A stretch of DNA of 64,000 nt from NCBI GenBank assembly GCA_964536835.1, contig CAZIAZ010000002.1, positions 4,912 to 68,911 of the forward strand, written 5' to 3'. Positions within the stretch are counted from its first letter, which is position 1; each line of letters begins with the position of its first letter. The position numbers and the translations under genes are program-made. Below are positions 1 through 8,862 of this stretch, piece by piece. The notes beneath the pieces are model-generated. The model did not search any database and was not told the origin of the DNA. It saw nothing but the letters and a program-made list of their open reading frames with translations. This DNA comes from an uncultured Planctomycetaceae bacterium (lineage in GTDB: Bacteria > Planctomycetota > Phycisphaerae > SM23-33).

Positions 1-50
1 TTTTGCTGGCTGGCGACATCAGAAAAATGCGGCATATTTTTTTAAAAAAA
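1..50. repeat. Partial copy of a short interspersed repeat (ttttgctggctggc ... aaatgcggcatatttttttaaaaaaaa). The same segment recurs at 1854..1903 and, in part, at 60494..60521.
   Basis: Direct comparison within the window. Positions 1-50 align to 1854-1903 with a few mismatches. Confidence 0.6.
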
Positions 51-75
51 ACGTAAATGAACAAGGAGTGATACC

Positions 76-630
76 ATGAAAGAATTTCCGCTGGCAAAAG
101 TTTTTCATCTTCTCGAACCAGGGCCGACGGTTCTCGTAACGACTGCGTCAAAGGAGAGCGGCAGCAATATCATGACGATGAGCTGGCACATGATGATGGA
201 ATTCCAGCCGCCGCTCATTGCCTGCGTAGTCAGCCCGTGCAATTACAGTTACGCCGCGCTGCTTTCAACAAAACAGTGCGTAATCGCCATCCCCACGGTA
301 GAGTTAGCCGCCACCGTTGTCGGCATCGGGAATTGCGATGCGCCGGACGTCAACAAGTTCGAGAAATTCAGTTTAACCCCACTGCCAGCCAAAAAGGTCA
401 AAGCCCCACTTATCGCAGAATGCATAGCCAACATCGAATGTAAAGTCACGGACACACGCATGGCCAATAAATACGCCATGTTCATACTGACTGCGGTACA
501 GGCGTGGTTTGACCCAAAACACAAGGAACACCGCATGATTCATCACAACGGTGACGGCACGTTCGAAGTCGATGATAAAAAAACGCTTAACCTGCGAAGA
601 AAAATGACCAAATGGAAAGATATTTCGTAG
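76..630 (+). CDS. flavin reductase-like FMN-binding protein
   Basis: 184-aa ORF with an aaggag Shine-Dalgarno (SD) 7 nt before the ATG. Its size and the SKESGSNIMTMSWH... segment match the flavin reductase-like split-barrel family. Confidence 0.55.
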   Translation: MKEFPLAKVFHLLEPGPTVLVTTASKESGSNIMTMSWHMMMEFQPPLIACVVSPCNYSYAALLSTKQCVIAIPTVELAATVVGIGNCDAPDVNKFEKFSLTPLPAKKVKAPLIAECIANIECKVTDTRMANKYAMFILTAVQAWFDPKHKEHRMIHHNGDGTFEVDDKKTLNLRRKMTKWKDIS

Positions 631-658
631 AACCTATCCCAAAAACATGGGCCTCGCC
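628..658. repeat. Short repeat TAGAACCTATCCCAAAAACATGGGCcTCGCC. It is the left-terminal motif of the interspersed element family, and its TAG is the stop codon of the flavin reductase gene.
   Basis: Near-identical 31-mers occur at 1811..1841 and 42728..42758. A shorter hairpin version occurs at 52352..52387. Confidence 0.6.
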
Positions 659-672
659 TGGAACATGCTCTT

Positions 673-1779
673 CTAATACCTGCATTCAGAGCACTCGCGG
701 GCAAATGTTTTTATGTTTTCTACGTCGCCCTTGAAAAAATGGTCGCTTGGACTGCAGATATAACCCGCATTATCTTTCGTAGCTTCAAAACACTCGCGGA
801 CAAGTTTTTTAACAACCTGCGGCGTACCTCTTTCAAAACCGGCGTTCTGGTCGAATCCGCCGACAAAGAACATCTTGTCGCCGATTTGAGCCGACGCTTT
901 TTTCAAGTCGCAGTCGCCGCCCATACTCGGCGGCGTCATGGTTTCCAAGCCGTCGGCTCCGTTCTTCGTGACAATATTCAGCAGCGGCATCAGGCCGCCG
1001 CAAAGATGATAAACTATTTTTACCGGCGATATGCTCTTAACAGCCGAGTGTTGCCGTATATCGTACGGCAGGCAGAATTCGGAGTGCATATTCGGGCTTA
1101 TCACGGTGCTAGACCCGGCTCCGCCGCCGGTTTCGAGAAGGTCACATTCAAGTTTGCCTGCAACGTTCCAGAATCTGAGCCGCTTCTGCAATATGGATTC
1201 CAGCATCGCATGTATCCACTGCGGATTGTCACACGCAGCATATATGGCCTGCTGCGTATCCATCAGACAACACAAATCCTGCCACGGGCTACCTTGCCCG
1301 AATCCGAAATACAACCCGCGAACAATGCCTTTTTCGCCGATGCGATTCCGCGCCTCGATTATCGCCGACTGGTCACAGCCGCACGGCACGGGGATATACC
1401 TGTCCGCCAGCTCCCAATCGCGCTCGGTCTTTATCAGGTATTCCGTAGTCCAGGTCGTAAACCTGTTCGACGCAAATTGATGCGTCAGTTTGCCGCCTGG
1501 CGTAGAGATTATTTCTGCATAATGCGTTACGCCGTCGGCATCGGCTGGAGTTTCTATGCGTTCAATCCGCCATTTATCAAGGTCAGCCTCTTTGAATATG
1601 GATTTGGCGGTTACGTATACGACCTGATCCATGCCCTCGAAAAATTCATACGCTTCGTACTGATTCATGCCGTTCAGATAAGTATCGAGATAATACTGCA
1701 TCCAGCTATGTACCTGGCAGGGCAGCCGGTCAGGCCGCCCGTTATCGAGAACCGTCAATAGTCTTTCTCGCGAAGTCAT
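673..1779 (-). CDS. uroporphyrinogen decarboxylase (URO-D) superfamily protein, MtaA/CmuA-like
   Basis: 368 aa. The N-terminal RLLTVLDNGRPDRLPC motif is typical of URO-D-like methyltransferases and decarboxylases. Confidence 0.55.
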   Translation of the reverse strand: MTSRERLLTVLDNGRPDRLPCQVHSWMQYYLDTYLNGMNQYEAYEFFEGMDQVVYVTAKSIFKEADLDKWRIERIETPADADGVTHYAEIISTPGGKLTHQFASNRFTTWTTEYLIKTERDWELADRYIPVPCGCDQSAIIEARNRIGEKGIVRGLYFGFGQGSPWQDLCCLMDTQQAIYAACDNPQWIHAMLESILQKRLRFWNVAGKLECDLLETGGGAGSSTVISPNMHSEFCLPYDIRQHSAVKSISPVKIVYHLCGGLMPLLNIVTKNGADGLETMTPPSMGGDCDLKKASAQIGDKMFFVGGFDQNAGFERGTPQVVKKLVRECFEATKDNAGYICSPSDHFFKGDVENIKTFARECSECRY

Positions 1780-1810
1780 GTTGCATTCTCCTGTAACCGA
1801 TGTCCAGTTT

Positions 1811-1981
1811 TAGAACCTATCCCAAAAACATGGGCGTCGCCGAAATCGAGCAATTTTGCTGGCTGGCAAGGAAGAAAAATGGCGGCATATTTTTTTAAAA
1901 AAATATTCTGCCGTTTTTCTGACGCCGCCAGGCTGCAAAAGAGCCGATTGCAGGCAGCCAAGGTTTTTGGGATAGATTCTA
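1811..1981. repeat. Complete 171-bp interspersed element with 19-bp terminal inverted repeats (tagaacctatcccaaaaac / gtttttgggatagattcta). It is MITE-like or REP-like and lies in the intergenic space.
   Basis: The reverse complement of 1963-1981 equals 1811-1829 with one mismatch. Its internal sequence matches window positions 1-50. Confidence 0.55.
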
Positions 1982-2017
1982 GTATAAATTATATTTATTT
2001 GATATTCTTGCACGATA

Positions 2018-2926
2018 TTGAACGTTTTTTTATACTATACTGACATAATGGAAAAATATCTGCTTAAAACGTTCGTACCTGCGGACAGATTTTTTCATCT
2101 GCACAGGGCGGAAATAACATGGTCGAAACTGGACGCAGGCCATCTGCACGGCTATGCGGAGGTTTTTTGGGTTGAAAAAGGCGACTTGTTCCACGTCCGT
2201 AATGGGGTAGGCGAGCTGCTTCACGAGGGCGATGTTGCATGGTTACGCGCAGGCGATTCACACGCTATGCGGAATACCGGCAAAAAAACCTCGATAATAA
2301 ATCTGGCATTTGCTGATTCGGTGTTGTCTTCACTTGAGCGACGTTATTATTCAAAGTCGACTCCGGCGCCGTGGAAATGCCCGCTAAATCATCGGATAAA
2401 TCATCTTGATGCCAGGCAGATTGTAAAGTTTCAAAACCTCGCCAACGTATTAGCCTTCAGCCCGCAAACCCGACTCTCTCTGGATAATTTTCTACTCGAC
2501 CTGCTGCAAACCATAAGCATGAACAATTACCATAATATTACGCCGCAAACAGATTGCCCTGAGTGGCTGACACGGGCAATCAACGAATTCGCACAGAAAC
2601 AGTTATGGAATTTGACGCAGCAGGAGTTTGCGAAAAAACTGGCGGGCAGATCTGTCGAACACGTCGGACGGACTGTTAAAAAAATTTTTGGGAAAACCAC
2701 GAATGAACTTCTCAACGAATATCGTCTGGAAAAATCAGCCGCCGATTTGTGCATAACGAACAAAGCCGTACTCGAAATCGCCATGGATAGCGGCTTTGAC
2801 AACCTGGGCTATTTTTACAGGCTGTTTAAACGACATTTTAACGAGTCTCCCTGTCGTTTCAGAAAGTTGCATCAGGCGCTTATTTTCACTTTCACTTCGG
2901 GCGGCAAAAACGGCAACTGCAAATAA
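2018..2926 (+). CDS. AraC family transcriptional regulator with an N-terminal cupin-like domain and a C-terminal AraC helix-turn-helix (HTH)
   Basis: 302 aa. The C-terminal region (KAVLEIAMDSGFDNLGYFYRLFKRHFNESP) matches the second AraC HTH. The start may instead be the ATG at 2048. Confidence 0.7.
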   Translation: MNVFLYYTDIMEKYLLKTFVPADRFFHLHRAEITWSKLDAGHLHGYAEVFWVEKGDLFHVRNGVGELLHEGDVAWLRAGDSHAMRNTGKKTSIINLAFADSVLSSLERRYYSKSTPAPWKCPLNHRINHLDARQIVKFQNLANVLAFSPQTRLSLDNFLLDLLQTISMNNYHNITPQTDCPEWLTRAINEFAQKQLWNLTQQEFAKKLAGRSVEHVGRTVKKIFGKTTNELLNEYRLEKSAADLCITNKAVLEIAMDSGFDNLGYFYRLFKRHFNESPCRFRKLHQALIFTFTSGGKNGNCK

Positions 2927-2944
2927 GGCCGCCAAAGAGAATTT

Positions 2945-3592
2945 TCAAGATTTGTCGCAAAGAGGTTTTTGGCCTATAAACCGCCAGGCTCTGATAGGAT
3001 TGCCACGCATCGATTTTATATCTTCAGTCCACTCATCGCAGAAATTGAAAGCCGCCACGCGCTCATGAAGCGTCGCCATGCTCATGTGCCGCAATATGGC
3101 GCCGTCTGGCAATTCGAAGACGCCATATATCGAATATCGTTCGGCATATTTCTCATAACGCTCCACGCATCGGGTATGCGACTGTATCGGAAAATCGCTT
3201 ATGAAAACATATCCGCCCGGCCGTAGAATACGGATTATTTCATCCATAAGTCTACGTTGGCCGTCATCTGTCGGAATGCACGTCAGTACCGAAAAAAGCA
3301 GTGCCCCGTCAACAGATTCGTCATCAAGCGGAATCCTGCCATGCTCCATAAGCTCCAGATTCAACCCGCAACGACGGCCTTTATTCACCATCGCCGCAGA
3401 AATATCAAAACCTTTTACATTGATATACCCGTTATTGGCAAGTTCATCGCAAACGCGGCCATATCCGCAGCCGACGTCGACTATTACGCTCTGGTGAGCG
3501 AGATATTTTTCAAGTATGCCCAAATCAAGCGGCGCGGTGAATTCCTTGGCAATCTGCGAATCCCAGTAGGAACTCTGCGCGTCGATATTCAT
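2945..3592 (-). CDS. class I SAM-dependent methyltransferase
   Basis: Motif I is VVDVGCGYGRVCDELA. The start is set to the internal ATG (MNIDAQS...), which gives a 4-bp ATGA overlap with the upstream oxidoreductase gene. The longer ORF runs to 3700. Confidence 0.65.
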   Translation of the reverse strand: MNIDAQSSYWDSQIAKEFTAPLDLGILEKYLAHQSVIVDVGCGYGRVCDELANNGYINVKGFDISAAMVNKGRRCGLNLELMEHGRIPLDDESVDGALLFSVLTCIPTDDGQRRLMDEIIRILRPGGYVFISDFPIQSHTRCVERYEKYAERYSIYGVFELPDGAILRHMSMATLHERVAAFNFCDEWTEDIKSMRGNPIRAWRFIGQKPLCDKS

Positions 3593-4704
3593 TTTTCCTC
3601 CACCGCCAGAGCGGAAGCTGAAAATTTGAGACACTGCCGCGGAGTCATGCCGTGTATCCGCAGTTGTTCCAGCGGACTTTCCGGCTGAGCTGTTTGACAT
3701 GAAAGATATATGGCGTCAATCACTGCATGCGTAAGGAGATTTTCAGCTGCGGAACATTCATAATGCAAGACGCCTTCATTAATGGAATTTAAAAAATTCT
3801 GTACCTGCCGGACGTAAATTTCATGCGGCGGTTCTTTGGATTCAAAATAGTCAAGCACGTCGCCATCCGGATTTCTCAGGCGGCAGGTCTCGAAATTCGC
3901 AACTATCGACCCGCCGCGGCCATGCAGTGAAAATTCCTCGCTCGCCGGGCCGGTTATTCTCGACGTGACCACAGCCGCCATCGTGTCATCCTTGTATTTC
4001 AGTGTCGCCGAGGCGGTATCGTCGGTATCGTGAATCGAACCCGCAATGCCCTGCGTTTCATCGAGCAGGTTTCGTTTCCTCGCAATCATGTTTGCGCCGT
4101 ACACTTCTTCCGGCAGGCCGAGCGTCCATATCAGCAGGTCTATCGGATGATAGCCTACTTCCAGCAGTGCACCGCCGCCGGCTGATACTCTGTCGGCTCG
4201 CCAGTTAAGCTGGCTGCCCCAGTTAAACAGATAATGCGCACGCGCCAGGAAAACATCGCCTATGCTGAGTTTGCTTTCTGCAAGTTTACGATATGATTGC
4301 GAGAATCGGCGTTGTGTGCCGACGGCTAGTTTCAGGCCGGCTTTTTCAAACATTCGCACGAAATTGACAGCCTCCCCCAAATTTCTCGCCAGCGGAGCTT
4401 CCTTCCAGACGTGAACGCCATTCTGTGCGCAAAATCCCAACAACTCGCCCCATGCCATCGGAGGAGTTGCGACAAAAACGGCAAGCGGTTTTTTCTTCAA
4501 AATCATCTGCCGATTATCGGTATAACCCTCAACTCCCGCATCGGTTGCGACATTTTGCGCCACATCGGAAAGTTTGTCCGCCACCGCCACGACTTCCACA
4601 TTGTCGCACTGTTGAAGTGCCTTGAGCGTACGCTGTCCGAATGCGCCCAACCCTATCACGGCAACTGGAATTCTTGAGTCACTCATATTGCAAGAGTATC
4701 CCAC
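3589..4704 (-). CDS. Gfo/Idh/MocA family NAD(P)-dependent oxidoreductase
   Basis: 371 aa. The N-terminal Rossmann motif is IPVAVIGLGAFGQR. The C-terminal region has the alpha/beta fold typical of this family. Confidence 0.7.
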   Translation of the reverse strand: MGYSCNMSDSRIPVAVIGLGAFGQRTLKALQQCDNVEVVAVADKLSDVAQNVATDAGVEGYTDNRQMILKKKPLAVFVATPPMAWGELLGFCAQNGVHVWKEAPLARNLGEAVNFVRMFEKAGLKLAVGTQRRFSQSYRKLAESKLSIGDVFLARAHYLFNWGSQLNWRADRVSAGGGALLEVGYHPIDLLIWTLGLPEEVYGANMIARKRNLLDETQGIAGSIHDTDDTASATLKYKDDTMAAVVTSRITGPASEEFSLHGRGGSIVANFETCRLRNPDGDVLDYFESKEPPHEIYVRQVQNFLNSINEGVLHYECSAAENLLTHAVIDAIYLSCQTAQPESPLEQLRIHGMTPRQCLKFSASALAVEEK

Positions 4705-4781
4705 TCAAATCAAAATTTGTCAATCTCAAAATTGAATAATCGTCCACGATATGATATACTTCCTCCACCGGTGCAGCAGCC

Positions 4782-5765
4782 GTGAGGTATCGCCACATGA
4801 AGGAACTGGAATCCCTGCCTGTAGAATATATCGAAATCCCAACCGACACGCATCAGCCTGTGGCGTGGACGATTAACGATTATGCCAAACTCACGCCCAG
4901 GCATTTCGACATTCACACCGACCTTGAGCTGGGCATAGTTCTTCGCGGCGGCAGCAGACGATGGTACGAGGGGCATCATATGGAAGCGTTCCGCGGCCAA
5001 TTCTGGATGGCTGGCCTCTGGGAGCCGCACGGCATGGAAGTCATCCGCACGAATACCCGTCATCTGGTACTCGGCATCAAGCCGGAATTTCTGGACATCC
5101 CCGACCCGTTCGCCGCATTCGACTGGTTGTACTGTTTTCATCTCGACAACAGACAGCGGCCGCAGGCTAATACCGCGGAAGAAAAAAATTTCGTCATCGA
5201 ATTCGCGGAAAAGGTAATCGCCCTGATGGAAGGCGACAGCCCCTATTGGCAGCAGAAATTGCGGATATATCTCCAGGAATTTCTGCTGTACTTCATGGAG
5301 CGGCAGGCGAAACCCGCCGAGGTCTGTCAGACGTCCGACAGCTTCGGCAGCCGCCGAACCCTGCTGCCTGCGCTCCTGACGTTCGAGCGAAATCCGCACA
5401 AGACCATCACTCTCAGTGATGCAGCCCATATGGCGCACATGTCGCGTTCGAAATTCTCCGAAATGTTCAGGCAGACCATGGGCATACCATTCGGCAAATA
5501 TTGTCAGCGGCGGCGGCTCGCCGGAGCCATGCGGGATTTGCAGGCAACGGACATGAAACTCCTGGCCATCGCCAAGCGATGGGGATTTTCTGACGCGCCG
5601 CACCTGGCTCGCGCATTTAAAACGGCTACCAAGCAGACGCCGCAGGATTATCGGAAATCGTGGCGGCAGCAGGCAGTCAAAAACACGCCAGGCTGCGCGC
5701 CGAGAATGCCCGGCCAGAATAATGACGAACCGAACCAAAAGAGAAAATCACGACATCTCTGGTAA
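4782..5765 (+). CDS. AraC family transcriptional regulator
   Basis: 327 aa. The C-terminal AraC-type HTH is HMAHMSRSKFSEMFRQTMGIPFGKYCQRRR. The start may be the ATG at 4797. Confidence 0.7.
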   Translation: MRYRHMKELESLPVEYIEIPTDTHQPVAWTINDYAKLTPRHFDIHTDLELGIVLRGGSRRWYEGHHMEAFRGQFWMAGLWEPHGMEVIRTNTRHLVLGIKPEFLDIPDPFAAFDWLYCFHLDNRQRPQANTAEEKNFVIEFAEKVIALMEGDSPYWQQKLRIYLQEFLLYFMERQAKPAEVCQTSDSFGSRRTLLPALLTFERNPHKTITLSDAAHMAHMSRSKFSEMFRQTMGIPFGKYCQRRRLAGAMRDLQATDMKLLAIAKRWGFSDAPHLARAFKTATKQTPQDYRKSWRQQAVKNTPGCAPRMPGQNNDEPNQKRKSRHLW

Positions 5766-5871
5766 TTTTGAAATTTAACATTTGAATATTCTGAATTAAT
5801 ATGAGATCTGGGAAAAAGAGGTTATTATTTTAGACTTAAAACAAGTTAATTTATTATATGGCAAAACAGGA

Positions 5872-7125
5872 TTGACCGTGAAAGTGCCAGCTAATGCATA
5901 TATTTTAGAGTGTCCTGAGGTTCCGTCTTTGCCAGATATTGAGAAAACGGTTTATGCCGCACTCGCTAATCCGATTGAATCGCCATCGCTTGAGCAAATG
6001 ATAAAAAAACGCAAGCCGCAAACCGTTGCCATTACAATTTCCGACATTACCCGCCCTGTGCCCAATCGTGTTTTTCTTCCGGTAATTCTTAACATTCTTA
6101 ACAGATGCGGCATAAGAGATTCACAGATTGCGATTATCGTCGGTACTGGTATGCATCGGCCAAGTACGGCAGAGGAACATTGTTATCTTGTCGGAGCAGA
6201 TATAATGTCTCGCGTAGCAGTGGTAGACCACCATGCGACAGATGTTGCTACATTGAAAAAAGTATGTGATGACCCGCCGGTTAGTGTATGCAGACAGTTT
6301 GCAGAAGCTGACTTTAAAATTGTAACAGGATATATTGAAGCCCATTTTATGGCTGGTTTTTCCGGCGGACGAAAAGGCGTGTGTCCTGCACTTGTGGATT
6401 TGCAGACGATTCGTAATTTTCATGGATATGGCACATTATGTTCACCATATGCAGATACGGGAAACTTGCAAAATAATCCATGTCATGAAATCGCTTTAAA
6501 AGTGGCACATGCAGTAGGTGTGGATTTTCTTTTCAACGTTGCGATAAACAATAAACGCGAAATAGCAGGCATTTTTTGCGGCGAATTGAATGCGGCTCAT
6601 CTGGCTGGCTGTAAACAGGTTGCGGCCTGGACTACGGCAAAAACTGACGGCCCGTATGACTTGGTGATAACCAATGGTGGAGGCTATCCGCTGGATCAGA
6701 CGTTTTATCAGACGGTTAAAGGCATGTGTACTGCACTGCCTGCGATTGGAGAACATACCGTATTATTGCAGGCTAGCGCATGCAATGAAGGCTTGGGTTC
6801 AAAAGAATATGCAAACACGATATTGCGTTATGGCCATCAATGGCAAAAATTTCTGTCTGATATTTCTGATAGCAGGGATTTTACCGTTGACCAATGGCAA
6901 TTTCAGATGCAGACGCGAGTGATAAGTCGAATAGGTATTAAGAACCTGTGGTTTGTTACCGACGGAATTGAAGCAAATATACTCGAAAAACTTTGTTTGA
7001 CACCTGTTTATGACAAAGGCAATGCGAGCACGAAATTACAACAGGTCGTGGATAGGTTTGTATCCGATAATCCGTGCGCACGAATAGCCGTAATCCCTGA
7101 AGGTCCATATACAATTTTAAAATAG
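5872..7125 (+). CDS. LarA-like (lactate racemase N-terminal domain, DUF2088) protein
   Basis: 417 aa with a TTG start. The N-terminal region (PQTVAITISDITRPVPN...IIVGTGMHRP) resembles nickel-pincer-dependent racemase/epimerase LarA homologues. GC is visibly lower than the flanking genes. Confidence 0.5.
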   Translation: MTVKVPANAYILECPEVPSLPDIEKTVYAALANPIESPSLEQMIKKRKPQTVAITISDITRPVPNRVFLPVILNILNRCGIRDSQIAIIVGTGMHRPSTAEEHCYLVGADIMSRVAVVDHHATDVATLKKVCDDPPVSVCRQFAEADFKIVTGYIEAHFMAGFSGGRKGVCPALVDLQTIRNFHGYGTLCSPYADTGNLQNNPCHEIALKVAHAVGVDFLFNVAINNKREIAGIFCGELNAAHLAGCKQVAAWTTAKTDGPYDLVITNGGGYPLDQTFYQTVKGMCTALPAIGEHTVLLQASACNEGLGSKEYANTILRYGHQWQKFLSDISDSRDFTVDQWQFQMQTRVISRIGIKNLWFVTDGIEANILEKLCLTPVYDKGNASTKLQQVVDRFVSDNPCARIAVIPEGPYTILK

Positions 7126-7175
7126 CCGAAGACTTATGAAAAAGACTGAATCTGGAGCATGTTAAATTTTTAAAC

Positions 7176-7499
7176 ATGGAACGATACATGATAAAAAAAG
7201 AACCCACACTTGAGCAGTTACGGAAGGCTATCCGGCAACTTGACGACGAACTCGCCGGCAAAGCCGACCCGCTCCTTTCGTTTGTGCCGCGGGAAGCGTT
7301 CATTACATATCGCGAATATCTCCGCGAAATGCTCGATATCATTGAAACCGACAAACTGCCCGCAATACTGCCCAAACAGTACGATGAAATGTCGGCAGAC
7401 ATAATCGCAAATTGGCCGTTCACCTTTCTCGGCATGGGAATAGTAGAGGCTCAGCGGGCATTTGGAGACTATTATAATCAGGAGGCCGCCCGCAGATGA
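7176..7499 (+). CDS. hypothetical protein
   Basis: 107-aa ORF translationally coupled (ATGA overlap) to the downstream lipoprotein gene. No recognisable motif. Confidence 0.35.
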   Translation: MERYMIKKEPTLEQLRKAIRQLDDELAGKADPLLSFVPREAFITYREYLREMLDIIETDKLPAILPKQYDEMSADIIANWPFTFLGMGIVEAQRAFGDYYNQEAARR

Positions 7500-8314
7500 G
7501 ATTTTTGAGTTGCATTGTCATTTTATTCGCCACGCTTTGTGCCTGCGGTTGTAGCGAGCTGGTCGTAATCAAAACCAACCCGTCCGGCGCGGAAATATAT
7601 TGCAACGGCGAACGCGCCGGCGTCAGTCCGTGTAACGTACCGCTGCCGGAAAGCGAAGGCGATATGGTAGGCATGAACGTCATCGAAGCGAGAAAGGATG
7701 GTTATCTGCCGGAATACTATTATCTGTCCGGCAAACCGTCCGATGAAACCGTCGGCCACATTCAAACCTATTCGTTAGCCAGGCCGACCGTAGAAATCGA
7801 ACTCACGAAACTGCCTGAAAATATGACATCCGCTGACGTGCCCGACGTAGTCAAATCTGACTCCGAATCCATGACAGTTCTGCCAGGCGCATACGAAAAC
7901 AGGGCAACCATCGAGGTGCGGGTAGTGCGGGTAAAAGACGGCAGAGTGCTGGGACAGATTTCTCGCTACGAGGACATCGGCAACCCTACCGCCGTCGCAC
8001 AATCCATAGTAGGCGAACTCTGCGAATATCTGCCGCCTGCGGATGACAAGCCGGAAATTCGCGTCGTGCCGCTGAAAAACAGACGCCACAGTGACTTCGG
8101 CAAAAAACTCAGCGAAAATATTTCTGAAGAAATAATGCGGGAAACATGTTTTTCCGGCGGCTATCCAAAAGTTCAGACGCTGGAACTCAATGGCGTGGTA
8201 GACGAGGATAAACTCGACACGCAGGCGACTTTTAACAAAATCAAAAAGAAGGGCCTGCTTTACGGCGTCGATTACGTACTTATGGGCGGCGTAGCCGAAA
8301 GTATTAAACCATAA
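7496..8314 (+). CDS. lipoprotein with a PEGA-like N-terminal domain and an LpoB/CsgG/TolB-N-like C-terminal domain
   Basis: Lipobox LFATLCACGC. The segment VIKTNPSGAEIYCNGERAGVSPCNVPLP is PEGA-like. The C-terminal pattern IRVVPLKNR...GVDYVLMGGV matches the LpoB/CsgG fold signature. Confidence 0.45.
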   Translation: MRFLSCIVILFATLCACGCSELVVIKTNPSGAEIYCNGERAGVSPCNVPLPESEGDMVGMNVIEARKDGYLPEYYYLSGKPSDETVGHIQTYSLARPTVEIELTKLPENMTSADVPDVVKSDSESMTVLPGAYENRATIEVRVVRVKDGRVLGQISRYEDIGNPTAVAQSIVGELCEYLPPADDKPEIRVVPLKNRRHSDFGKKLSENISEEIMRETCFSGGYPKVQTLELNGVVDEDKLDTQATFNKIKKKGLLYGVDYVLMGGVAESIKP

Positions 8315-8391
8315 AACACACCCGCCGGATTTTTTGCGACGTCCGTGCCAGCTACATATTCAAATTCTTCGGGCATACGCTAAAAAAACCT

Positions 8392-8423
8392 TGCTTTCAG
8401 CGGAATTTTGGTTAATATACCAA
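8392..8423 (+). promoter_or_regulatory. candidate sigma-70 promoter for rpmE (TTGCTT-N16-TAATAT)
   Basis: Read directly from the sequence ~70 nt upstream of the rpmE ATG. The SD aaggag lies at 8478. Confidence 0.3.
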
Positions 8424-8490
8424 TCCTTTTATGGGCGATTGCGGGCAGAGGCGCGCTGCATACCGCCCCAAAATTGCAAGGAGTTTTTAA

Positions 8491-8754
8491 ATGAAAAAAG
8501 GCATACACCCTGAATATCGTCCTGTCGTATTCGTTGACGTGGCATCCGGCACAAAGTACGTAACCCGCTCAACTGTAAAGAGTAAAGACAAGGTTACCGT
8601 AGATGGCGTAGAATATCCGATGGTCAAGGTTGATATTTCAGCCGCATCGCATCCTTTCTATACCGGCCAACAGAAGTTTTTGGACACCGCCGGCCGCGTA
8701 GAAAAGTTCACCAAAAAATTCGGCGGCGAATATTTCAAAAAACGCAAAAAATAG
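8491..8754 (+). CDS. rpmE: 50S ribosomal protein L31, apparently the non-zinc type-B form (no CxxC pairs)
   Basis: The N-terminus [14 protein letters not shown] and the [11 protein letters not shown] motif are diagnostic of L31. There are no cysteines at the zinc-ribbon positions. Confidence 0.8.
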   Translation: MKKGIHPEYRPVVFVDVASGTKYVTRSTVKSKDKVTVDGVEYPMVKVDISAASHPFYTGQQKFLDTAGRVEKFTKKFGGEYFKKRKK

Positions 8755-8768
8755 TTTCCGTAAAATCC

Positions 8769-8826
8769 AAACGCCGACGGATGGGGTAAAAAACTCATAA
8801 TAACCCCTGCCGCCGGCGTTTTTACA
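8769..8826 (+). terminator. rho-independent terminator after rpmE
   Basis: A nested inverted repeat (aaacgccgacgg..ggggt..acccc..ccgccggcg) is followed by TTTTT. Confidence 0.55.
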
Positions 8827-8862
8827 TTTACACGATATCAATGTCCGTCGAGCAAAACCCAA

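Noticed and set aside
739-1761. 340-aa ORF on the plus strand
   Set aside because: It lies entirely antisense to the URO-D-like gene. It has no recognisable motif, whereas the minus-strand frame does.
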